A DNA stretch of 64,000 bases. Origin: the human T2T-CHM13v2.0 reference genome, Homo sapiens. Shown one piece after another: positions 16,410-27,620 of the stretch. The stretch's first letter is position 1. Each line of letters starts with the position of its first letter. The notes beneath the pieces are model-generated. The model searched no databases. It had not been told where the DNA came from and saw only the letters and a program-made list of their open reading frames with translations. A program made the translations under genes and the position numbers. The DNA is taken from NCBI RefSeq assembly GCF_009914755.1, contig NC_060935.1. One strand, given 5' to 3'.

Positions 16410-19400
16410 TCTCAGTCAGCAAGATGGTGCAACAGGAAGCCCTAGATCCTCCTTTCCCCATGAACAAAGTAATTCTACAACAATTCATGGACAGATTCTA
16501 TTTGTGACACTTCTCAACCTAGTTATAATGTTCCTACACCCCAGTCTAGCATAAAACCAGCCACATGGAATCTGGTAGGAACATTTGCATTATCCTTGTA
16601 CCATAATCTCTATTTCTGGCAGAGCATCATGCAATTGGAATAAAAGCTTCTCCTTGGGAAGGGCATTGGGGTACACCAGGCATCCAGTGCCCCATATTTT
16701 CCACAGGTTATGCAGAGGACTGACTTCTATCTAGCCTGTCTCATAGCACTGACAGGACATAAGACATAGCATGCTCTGATCATTAAGGGCCAGTGAGAAC
16801 AGAGTAGGCAATGTAGACAAAATAGCTCAGTACAGAGACAGAAAAGAAAGAAAGGGAGAGAGAGAGAAAGAAAGAAGGGAAAGAGGGAGGGAGGGAGAGA
16901 AAGAGGGAGGGAAAAGGGAGGGAAGGAAGGAAGGAAGGAAGGAAGGAAGGAAGGAAGGAAGGAAGGAAGGAAGGAAGGAAGGAGAGAGAGACCCTCCTAA
17001 CTTCTCCCTGGAGAGGGAAAAAGATACACTGCACTCTTCCAATGCAGCCTGTCTCCAAGGTTCATCACAGATGCCAGCAGTTAAGGCAAACTCTAGCTCT
17101 CAGCATTTCCCTAAGGAGGGAAAGAGGTGTATCAGAAGTCAGGCTACCTGAGCAAATAGCTTCTGCCTCACTTGTTTCAGGGTGCTGACTGGATCTTGCA
17201 CTCTCTGGACAACTGGTAGTTACTAAGAACAAAGGTGTCTGGTGTATTCTACCAAACATTTAAAGAATTAATGCCAATTCTTCTCAAACTCTTTCAATAA
17301 ATTGAAGACAAGGGAACACTTTCAAATTTAATTTATGAGATCAGCATTATCTTGATACCAAAGCCAGAAGAAAAATCACAGGAAAAGTCTTATCTCTTTT
17401 TTTCTTGGTTAATGTAACTAAGGATTTCTCAATTTTGTTTTTTTCATAAAACAAACTCTTATTTTTGTTGATTTTTTATTGTGTTTCTATTCTCTATTTG
17501 ATTTATTTCTAGTCAAATCTTTATTACTTCCTTCCTTCTTCTAATTTGGGGTTTAACACACCAACATATTGGGTTTTTTTCCTAGTTCCTTAAGGTTTAA
17601 GGTTATTTGAGATAGTTTCAATTTTTTAACATAGATGTTTATAGCTTTATACTTCCTTCTTAGCACTGCTTTTGCTGCAACTTGTAAGTTTTGTTATGTT
17701 GTATTTTTGTTTTTGTGTGTCTAGATGTATTTTTTAAAATTTCTTTTTGATTTCCTCTCTGACTCAATGTTTGCTCAATGTGGAAATGTTTAGTTTCCAC
17801 GTATTCCTGAATTTTCCCATGTACCTGCTATTATTGATCTCTAGTTTCATTCCTTTGTGGTCATAAAAGATATTTGAAATGATTTTAATCTTCTTAAATT
17901 TGTCCAGATTTATTTATGACCTGAAATGTGATCTATCCTGGAGAATTTTTTACTTGCCCTTGAGAAGAATGTGTATTCTGTTGCTGAGTGAAAAGTTCTG
18001 AATATGTATGTATATGTATTTGTTAACTCCATTTGGTCTATAACATTGTTAAGTTCTGCTGTGTTCTTATTAACTTTCGGCCTGGATGACCTACTCATTA
18101 TAGAGAGTGAGGAATTGAAGTTTTCTGCTATTATCATATTCCTGTCTATTTCTCCGTTCATATCTGTCATTGTGTGCTTTCTATACTTAAGTGCTTTGAT
18201 GTTGGGTGCATACATCTTTATAGCTGTTACATCTTCTTGTTGAATAAAGTCTTTTATCATTATATAATGACCTTATTGACTCTTTTGACACATTTTACTG
18301 AAGGCTATTTTGTCTGATATGTTCTTTTCTGGTCATCACTGAATAAACTATTTTCCTCCACTGCTTTATTTTCAGGCTTCATGTGTTCTTAAATCTAAAG
18401 TGAGTCTCTTGTAGATGGCATATAATATGATCTTTTTTTAAATCCACATAGCCACTACATATCTTTTGATTTAGAAGTTTAGTCCATTTACGTACATATA
18501 AAGTAATAACTCATAGGTAAGGACTTATTCTTGCCATTTTTAAATGGATTCTAACCAGTCTTAGCTGGTCTGGTTACAAAGGAAACTTTTTCTCACAAGC
18601 ATCCTGTTTCTTAAAGATAGGCATGTAATTGCTTTTTTAAATCCATCTAGCCACTCTGTTTGATTTGGGAATTTAGTTCATTTACATTAATTATTGATAG
18701 ATTAGGACATACTCTTTCTTGCTTTTGTTTATTGTTTTCTGTCCATTCTGTGTTTCTCTTGTTTCTCTCTTCTTCTGTGTTTCTTTGAGATTTGATTTTT
18801 TTGTAGTGATGTGCTTTGATTATTTTAATTTTTTATGAATCTACTGTATATTTTACAGGGCTCTCATCAAACATTTTATAGTTACTGCAGTCTGTTTTAA
18901 GCTAATAGCAACTTGAATTGCATGCATACTCTATACTTTGCCATCCCCCACACACAAACACTATGTTATTGCCATCAGATTTTATTTCTTTCTATGTTGT
19001 GTTTGCATGAAGAACTGTATGTTGTTATAGCTATTCTTACTACTTGTGTCTTCTATTTTATATAGTGTTAAAAGTGATTTACATGCCACCATTAAAGTTT
19101 TACAATACTTTTTCTTTCTTTATATTTGTATTTAGCAGTTAGATTTTTACTTTGTTTATCATCATTTTCTTTCAACTTGAAGAATATTTAGCACTCTTTG
19201 GCAGGTGTAGTGGTGACAGACTCCCTCAGTTTTTGTTTGTTAGAAGGTATCTCCAATTCATCATTAAAGGACAACTTCCCTGAGTAAGTCATTCTTTGTT
19301 AATATTTTCTTTGACTATATCATCCAGCTCTCTCTTAACCTGCAAAGTTTCTATTAAGAAAATTGCCAGTAGTCTTGTGGAGCCCTCCTTGAATGTGACA

Positions 19401-19445
19401 AATGACTTTCTCTTGCTTTTTTCAAAATTCTTTGCCTTTGATTTT
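16410..19445. mobile_element. Old rearranged L1M: 5'UTR-like segment (+), ORF2 piece (+, about 17243-17390), then inverted ORF1/EN region (-)
   Basis: CAAGATGG start typical of L1 5' ends. ATTCTACCAAACATTTAAAGAA is ORF2. Minus ORF 17910-18260 (IQQEDVTAIKMYAPN...FSRIDHISGHK) is the L1 endonuclease domain. Confidence 0.75.
16840..16991 (+). repeat. Homopurine tract including a perfect (GGAA)15
   Basis: Only A and G from 16840 to 16991. GGAA x15 at 16921-16980. Confidence 0.98.
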
Positions 19446-19543
19446 TTAAATTTTCTTTTATCTTAAGTTCAGGGATACATGTGCAATATTGTCAAGTTTG
19501 TTACATAGGTAAACATGTGCCATGGTGATTTGCTGCACCTATC
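19445..19543 (-). mobile_element. L1PA extreme 3' end (older L1PA type)
   Basis: T-rich tail followed by CTTAAGTTCAGGGATACATGTGCA...GTTACATAGGTAAACATGTGCCATGGTG...TGCTGCACCTATCA. Confidence 0.88.
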
Positions 19544-20208
19544 AGGAAACAACAGATGCTGGAGAGGACGTGGAGAAATAGGAAGGCTTTTACACTGCTG
19601 GTGGGAGTGTAAATTAGTTCAACCATTGTGGAAGACAGTGTGATGATTCCTCAAGGATCTAGAACCAGAAATAACATTTGACCCAGCAATCCCATTACAG
19701 GGTATATACTCAAAGGATTATAAATCATTCTACTATAAAGACACATGCACACATATGTTTATTGCGGCACTATGCACAATAGCAAAGACTTGGAACCAAC
19801 ACAAATGCCCATCAATAATGGACTAGATAAAGAAAATGTGGTACATATACACCATGGAATACTATGCAGCCATAAAAAAGCATGAGCTCATGTCCTTTGC
19901 AGGGACATGGATGAAGGTGGAAACCATCATTCTCAGCAAACTAACAGAAGAACAGAAAACCAAAACCCACATGTTCTCACTCATAAGTGGGAGTTGAACA
20001 ATGAGAACACATGGACACAGGGAGGGGAACATCACACACTGGGGCCTGTCACGGGGTGGGGGGCTAGGAGAGGGATAGCATTAGGTGAAATACCTAATGT
20101 AGATGATGGGTTGATAGGTGCAGCAAACCACCATGGCACCTGTATGCCTATGGAACAAACCTGCATGTTCTGCACATGAACCCCAGAACTTAACGTATAA
20201 TAAAAAAA
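19541..20208 (+). mobile_element. L1PA7/8-like 3' fragment
   Basis: TCAGGAAACAACAGATGCTGGAGAGG...GAACTTAACGTATAATAAAAAAA. Confidence 0.93.
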
Positions 20209-21846
20209 TCAAGTATATTGATACTGGGGTCAGGGGATGAGATATGAATGCTGTTTTAAAATCAAGAGTCAGGGATTTAGCAATGCCTAACATCTAAAAA
20301 AAAAAAGTCAACAAACCACGTGATAAGTTTCACAATTACTAAATATTGAGTGGAGACTTTAAAAATAGTAAAATAATAAATGCTATTATAATTATTCTTC
20401 AAATGTTTAAATTTTTACTTGATAAATCAGATTAAGAATTTTGAGAGTGGTCATCTTTAGGCCTATTTTCTCAAAGGAAAAATAATCCAACATCCTATTA
20501 TTTCAAAAACATTGTCAGCTAATGTTTCCTTCAAATTGTTATTAATCTCCCAGCAGTAATTTGAGGGTTTTGTATCTTAAAATTCATAAGGTAGTAGTAT
20601 ATGAAAGCCAATAAAAATCGGTATGACCATTTTGTTCCTGGGCCATCAAGACCTGTGGTTTTAATCTTTCTTTAATATCAAATAACTTAAGCTTTCATCC
20701 CATCCAGAGAAATTTTTTATCTCCATAATTTTTCTAGAGCCTTCCAGAAAAGGGAGGAGAGTCATAGGAAGGGGATTTCATTCATTCATCATTTTTCTTT
20801 CTAGATTCCTTCTTTCTAACTTGAGTTTCAATTACCCCTCACTATACTAGCTCCTAAAGTTATGGTCCTCTCTCTATATGGCTTACCACAAATGTACCAT
20901 AACTCTTCTAACATTTGCCCGAACACTTTTAATGTATTGTCATTGCAGATGGTAAATTTTATCAAAGATTTAATGAACAGTGTACAACAATTACAGTGCT
21001 CTACAGGACAGATACAAATTCAGATTGCAGTGTGGTATCCGAAGCATCTTTGATAGTTCCTTACAAAGGGAAATCTTGTTTAATTGCCATTTGCCTCTTT
21101 GGGTCTTGGCCTAAATGTCATGTTGCTGGGCTCCTTTCTCTCCCTGATCCTGTTCTCTGAATTACAAGACCTTGAAATCATCTCAATTTTTTTTTAATGT
21201 TGTAGAAAAATTCAGCTCCCTAGTTGAAGCAATCATCTTCCAACTATCCTAGCCTCAAAGGCCAGATCTGTCCCAACAACAAGAATCATCCAGTTGTTTT
21301 TCTAAACAAAAGATAAAGCAGCAACAACTTGGAGAAAGATTTATGTATCATCCAAAGAGAAAGCACATTCAAATTTTAAAATAGAAATATTTTTCATACT
21401 CATATTTGTGGAAATAAAAATAATAAAATGAAGTAGACCAAAAGCATACTTGAGAGAGTAGTAGACTTGAAATTAGGAATAAATAGTATATTCTAGACTT
21501 TTTTATTATGAAACTCTGTAAATTTGTAAATTTAAGTAAGTTATTAACTTCTCTGAGCATCGGTATCGTCTCCGTACAATAAATACATATTAGCAATTGA
21601 GTTTGTGCTGTTTGGGTATACAAAGGTAAATAAGAAATATCTACCAAAAGAAGGTAAATGCATGGTATGCAGCTGCAAAACAGGTTATATTGGATGATCA
21701 TTATGGAGCCTTTTATATCTGTGACACTGGCTTTTGAAGGGAACACATTCCTGCCATTGGATGATGTACAAGCAGAAGTAAAACAAAATTATCTGATTCA
21801 AGCTTCCAGTGGGATATTATGAGTAGAAAATAAGAAACCCCACACC

Positions 21847-21922
21847 AATGAATTAAATTCTCATATGTACCCTGAAAATACATACATCTATTATGTACCA
21901 ATACAATAATAACATTTTTAAA
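21847..21922 (+). mobile_element. Very short (76 bp) L1MA-type 3' end with TSD
   Basis: ATGTACCCTGAAAATATAC...TATTATGTACCAATAC, flanked by AAGAAACCCCACACC (21832-21846) and AAGAAAACCCACACC (21923-21937). Confidence 0.7.
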
Positions 21923-22295
21923 AAGAAAACCCACACCCAGTGAGTGGCACAGTGTCACCCTAGTTCTACTTTACCTGATTCTTTGCATAACAATTCGTCT
22001 TTCGCCAGAAGAGAAAGGAAGTCCATAATGGAAAAGAAAAAACATAGAAATAAATTTCTTCCTTAATGTTATTCCTAAACTGAAAACATGGTGAAAAGAT
22101 TTTTTTTAATAGTGAAAATTATAGAGAAAAGAAGAAATCTATTCCAGAAAAATTATAATCAATTTAAAGAAGACTCAGTTTTTTTTACCATGGTAAAAAG
22201 AAATAGGATAAGAAGGCTGCTACTATAATATTATAATTAAACAAACAGAATATCCCTGTCTTGTGACTATACACACAGACACATACTATTACTTA

Positions 22296-23228
22296 TCAAA
22301 GTTTCCTACTACTCAGGGCTTTTCTTAGGGCAAATTTAACATCTTTGTTCCTCAGGCTGTAGATTAAGGGGTTCAACATGGGAACCACATTTGTATAAAA
22401 GACAGAAGATAATTTTCTCTTATCCATGGACCCAGCAGAAGATGGGTTGAGACACATAAATGCACCTGATCCAAAGAACAGAGAAACAGCAATTATATGG
22501 GAACTGCAAGTGCTGAAAGCTTTGGACCTGCCCTCCTTGGAACTGATATGGAGGATGCTGGAGAGGATGAAACCATAAGAGATAAAGATGGTAACAGTGG
22601 GCACAATGATGTTGATGCCAACCACAGTGAAAACCACCAGCTCATTGATGTAGGTGCTGGTGCAGGAGAGCTGGAGCAGAGGGAGGATGTCACAGAAGTA
22701 GTGATCGATGGTGTTCGCATCACAGAAAGTCAGTCTCAGCATGCATCCAGTGTGGGCCATGGCACCAGAAAAGGCCATCAAATAGGAACCAAACATAAGG
22801 CTGGAGCACACTGTAGGAGACATGGCAATGTGATACAGAAGTGGGTTACAGATGGCCACAGCGATCATACGCCATTGACGTCAGCACATAACATTCAGAA
22901 ATGACCAAAAAAAACAGAAAAAGAAAAGTTGGGTCATGCACCCCTTGAAGGAGATAATATTCTTCTCTGAAATAAAGTTCATTAGCATTTTGGGTGTAAA
23001 CACAGAAGAATAACAGAGATCTATGAAGGACAAGTTAAAGAGGAAGAAATACATGGGGGTATGAAGGTGTGAGTTCAGCCCAATTAGAGTTACCAAGCCC
23101 AAGTTTCCCAACAGAGTGACCACATAGATTACTAGAAACAGGAAGAACAGAGGGGACTGGAGATCTGGCTGATGTGTTAATCCCGCCAGAATGAATTCAG
23201 TCACGAAAGAGCCATTTCCAGGTGCCAT
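22296..23228 (-). pseudogene. OR8B-subfamily olfactory receptor pseudogene (possibly OR8B1P, unverified)
   Basis: [24 protein letters not shown]...[18 protein letters not shown] in ORF 22881-23228. KAFSTCSSH and [15 protein letters not shown] in ORF 22296-22868. A +2 and a -2 indel in TM3 enclose a TGA at 22881-22883. Confidence 0.96.
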
Positions 23229-24147
23229 TCTTCTTTAAGGGAATCTCTGGAAACAGGGGAAAAAAACAAACGGTTGCATTAGAGGACAACCCAGCTCTTT
23301 CCACAATGGGTCTGCCTGAGATTAGCCTAACCTGTACCCACAGAATCTGCCTTTACAGAACACCGCCAATTAACCCTAGAGAGTGAAGGCCAGTGCTGCC
23401 ATATACAAGCATGACTGCTGGAAATAAGGGATAAGGGAGATGGATGGACCAGGACAGAATCGTTTTTTTCCCGTCTCATCATTTCTTCATTCATTTGAGC
23501 CCTCCCCTCACAAGTAAAATTGGAGGCAGAGGCCTAAGCGACCGACATTGGCCTCTAATGAAATTAGTCGGATGCAGTGAAAACCAAAACATTGTTTCCA
23601 ATCCACTAGTAGGGGACCAGAGTCTAGGAGAGGTTACATTACTGTCCCAAGTCACAGTGAAAAAGTTATAAATCTAGGACAGAGAGGGCTCTGTCCATGG
23701 AAAGGGAACTTACTCAGTAAATACTGCAACCATTGAGCTTACTAGTGTCCCTGAACATTCTCTGCTCCCCCTTCAAACACATTCTCCAATTTCATTTGAG
23801 TTTCAGGATTGCTCAAAATGAGGGGAAATGGTGGATTTTAGATCCCTGGACTTCCGTCTCAATAAAAGAAAACACTAATGTAAATAGAATTCAGAAACTC
23901 ACCATTCTTAGTCCAGAATACCTTGATGCTTCTTTCACTTTCTTATTTCCCTGTGATTCTGGAAAAGTAATTTCGGGTGTCCAGGTATTTGTTCCTTTGA
24001 TTCTAAGAACATACAGTCCAGACTTAATTTCTTGTATGTCTTTATGTGTGATTATGACTTTGATTCCCCTCAAGCAGTAGAGAAAAAATGAAGTCTTGAT
24101 TACTACGCGTTTAGTCGCTTGCTAAGACATAGTAGATTTAATATTAG

Positions 24148-24290
24148 TTTAATGATATAATGTGCTTGGTTATAAAAAGGGTAGAAGCTTACTCAGCCCC
24201 CCTCCCCAGGGAACAGATTCTGGCTGTAATAGAAAATAACGGAACTGTATTTACACCCTGCATCATGATCTGTCTTTACTTCCTTAGGGA
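24148..24290. promoter_or_regulatory. Candidate OR promoter/first non-coding exon: homeodomain site, O/E sites, splice donor
   Basis: TTTAATGA 24148-24155. Canonical EBF-type TCCCCAGGGA 24203-24212 and TCCTTAGGGA 24281-24290. Minus-strand donor TGA|GTAAGC at 24187-24195. About 1 kb upstream of the ATG. Confidence 0.55.
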
Positions 24291-24589
24291 TTCAATATTT
24301 TTACTCAAGTTTTCCCTTCCCTCTAGGGCTCCTACATAATGCAAAGCAGAGCCAGAAATAAACTCCCACATCCCCACCACCTTGATCTCTGAAGGGAAAT
24401 CATTGTTTTGGTTTTTTTCTGTCTTTCTTCCTTCATGCTGAGCGGAAATTTCCCATAAGGTCTACTTTGAGACTTCGTGTTTTTATGTAAAAACTTTGAA
24501 GGACCATAGTAACTCACTTCAGGTATTGTCTCTCCTAGGACATCACCAAAATAACTTTGAATGGCTTACATCACTTCTAAAGAAGGTTT

Positions 24590-24740
24590 TTACTTTCTCA
24601 GGTTTATAGTTTCTGAAATAGGGATACTAATAATAATATCTCATTCACTGGGTGGTGGCAATTAAATGAAATAAGTGCAATGGTAAAAACAGCCCCTGGC
24701 ACATGACAAATAATCAGTAAATGTCAACTATTATTATTTG
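24590..24740. mobile_element. MIR SINE
   Basis: Core CTGAAATAGGGATACTAATAATA...ATTAAATGAAATAAG...CCTGGCACATG...CAGTAAATGTC. Confidence 0.7.
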
Positions 24741-25652
24741 TGTTCTCATAACTTCTGGCAGATTCTCCATCAGGATTTTTCCCCTTGAATTTTTGTTTTC
24801 CTCTAAAAACTATAAGTTCTGTAAAGACAAAGATCACTTCAGACTTGTTTACTACTTTGCTTCTAATGCTAAGTACGGAGAAGAGTACATAGCAGCCCCT
24901 CTTTAAAATTATGAAAAGTATGTTATCTGGCTGAAAGTCTTCAGAATCGAATTTCCATGGTTCTCAGATGCTTAGAGGCTACAAACACAATGACCTCCAT
25001 GCCTTTCTCTCAGCCACCTCACAAGTTCAGACACTCTGTAGGTTTTAACGGAACTGTGCTATTGAATTGTAGTAGCTTCTAACTGTTATTCTAGCATTTT
25101 TCCACATAGTTCCTCTTGTTTAGCCACCTATTCTGTTGCTAAAATAAGCTCTGGAAGTGCAGCTCTGCCTTCCCTAGTTTTAGAACTTCCAGTGGCTCTC
25201 CATTACCCACTGAACAATTGAAGCTATATAATAAAAGTGTAAGTTTCAAACTAATTTTCAGTCTCAGTTAAAATTAGCAAGGAAATTGAGTCAGACAGAT
25301 TATAGCTGATGAGAAGACATGAAAGAACTATTCTGATTAATTGAAGTATTTTGAGCACATATGATATTGTGTAATTTCTTATTTTTCTCAACAAATATGG
25401 GAAAAAGGATATTGGACAATGTTTATGTTTCAGAGTCTGTAAGAGTGTACAAAAAAACAAAAAACACTAGCCAGGGGAGATTACATTTAAAATTTAAGTT
25501 TAAATCTTCACAAGCTCTCCTTCTCATCATAATAAATTATAGTGTTTTCTCTTCAATATTTACCTAAAACAATTAAGAATGTACTCCAAGATGTTCATCT
25601 GTAAAAATTATATGTTTTATTTACTTTCTAAGAAATGTAACTTTCAACCCAC

Positions 25653-26520
25653 ATTATCAGTTAGAAAAAAATTTGCTTCAAATTACAGAATCTCTTTAAA
25701 ATAGGAGCTCATTTCTTTTTTTTTTTTTTTTTCTTGGTCCTCTTGTTTTATTGTTTTATTTTATTTATTTATTTTTTTTTATTATACTTTAAGTTTTAGG
25801 GTACATGTGCACATTGTGCAAGTTAGTTACATATGTATACATGTGCCATGCTGGTGCGCTGCACCCACTAACTCGTCATCTAGCATTAGGTATATCTCCC
25901 AATGCTATCCCTCCCCCCTCCCCCCACCCCACCACAGTCCCCAGAGTGTGATATTCCCCTTCCTGTGTCCATGTGATCTCATTGTTCAATTCCCACCTAT
26001 GAGCCACATTTTCTTAATCCAGTCTATCATTGTTGGACATTTGGGTTGGTTCCAAGTCTTTGCTATTGAAAATAGGAGCTCATTTCATTCACATAACAAT
26101 AAATCTAGAGGCAGAGTGTCCCAGTGTTGATTCAGCAACTAAACCCTCTCATCAAAGACCCTTCCTCATCCATTCCACTGTCCTCAGTCTGCTGACCTTA
26201 TTCCTCGGGGTTTTCACTTTATGTTCACAAAACATCTGTTATAGCTCCAACAATCACCTGTATCCAAAGAAGAAAGCAAGAAAACAATGCAGAATAACTC
26301 TCCTCACATATCCCTCTCTTTTTATTCGGAGGTAAGTCTTCTCCAGAAGCCTAAAAATGACTTCCCTCTATGTCTTATCAGTCAGAAATAAAACACACAG
26401 CCAACCTCATTGCAGGGAGAACTGTCAAATGATTATCTCTTATTTTCAGCCACTATCACGAGAGAAATTTTGTGGCGTTAGAAGGGAAGGAACAATGTCT
26501 TCTATAGGGCAGGACACCAA
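25653..26520. mobile_element. Old MLT1 (J/K-like) MaLR LTR interrupted by a young L1
   Basis: TCAGTTAG...CACATAACAATAAATCTAGAGGCAG...CCAGAAGCC...GACTTCCCTCTATGTCTTATCAGTCAGAA resembles the recalled MLT1K/J consensus. Confidence 0.5.
25716..26068 (-). mobile_element. Young L1 (L1PA2/non-Ta L1HS-like) 3' end with an internal deletion, a short 3' transduction and an 18-bp TSD
   Basis: TSD AAAATAGGAGCTCATTTC at 25698-25715 and 26069-26086. Diagnostic sequences GCTGGTGCGCTGCACCCACTAACTCGTCATCTAGC, GTGATATTCCCC and CATGTGATCTC. Confidence 0.95.
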
Positions 26521-26839
26521 CATCTTCTACCTCAGTGAAGCTTGTGAAAGATGTTCATAATAGGAAATTGTGTTTGTTCAATTTAACTATAGAGTATACT
26601 TGTTATTTGTTAAGTGAGTTACTCTCTGAAGCTTTAAATCAAATCAGCTGCCCTAGCATATTCAAACAATTATAAAAACATATATGTGAAATATATGTAT
26701 ACATTGAGTTCATATTTACCCACACAGTCCTTATGTAATTAAAAGAAAAAGGAAATCATTGTATATTTATAGAGGGTTTTTTATTAGCCAAAAAGCCACA
26801 GACTCTCTGAATGTTTTCAAACTCCTCAAAATAAGGGTC

Positions 26840-27620
26840 ATTCCCAAAAGACATTATCAAGAAAGTGAAAAATCCCACAGAATGGGAGAAATATTTGCAA
26901 ATTATATAATCTTAAAAGACCTAGTATGCAGAATGCCTAAATAACACTTAAAACTCAATAATAAAAAGATAAAACACTCAATTTTGAAATGGGCAAATGA
27001 TCTGAATAGACGTTTCAAAGAATATACACAAATGGCCAATAAGTACATCAAAAGATGTTCAATATCATTAGTAATTAGGGAAATTCAAATCAAAACCACA
27101 GTAAAATATGACCTCACACACACAAAGATGGCTATAATTTTTTAAAAATAATAAAACCACGTGTTGGTAAGGATGTGAAGAACTGAAACCTTTGTACACT
27201 CCTGGTGGCAATGCCAACTGACTGCAACCACTTTGGAAAATGGTCATGCAGTTTCTCAAAAGGTTAAACAGAATTACTGCTTCACTCAGAAATTTCTCTC
27301 TTAGTTATATACATCAGAGAAATAAAAAACATACATTCGCATAAAACCTTATATATGAATATTTATAGCACCATTGTTTTATAATTGTCAAAATGTAGGA
27401 AAAAACACCAAATATCTACCAACTAGTAATTTGGTAAATAAAACGTGGTATATTCACACAATGTAATATTATTCTGCAAAGAAAAAGAGTGGGTAGTGGT
27501 GAATGAATGAAGTATCCTTACAAGTTAAAGCATGATACAGCTTGAAAATATATTAAATGAGAAAAAGTAGTCACAAAGACCACATATTTTATTATTTATT
27601 TTATAAGAAAGATCCAGACC
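26840..27620 (+). mobile_element. L1MB-like ORF2 end/3'UTR fragment
   Basis: CCCACAGAATGGGAGAAATATTTGCAAAT...GGGCAAATGATCTGAATAGAC...CAACCACTTTGGAAAA. Confidence 0.8.

Noticed and set aside
16783-17058. ORFs with (LPSF)n repeats
   Set aside because: Translation of the (TTCC)n microsatellite strand.
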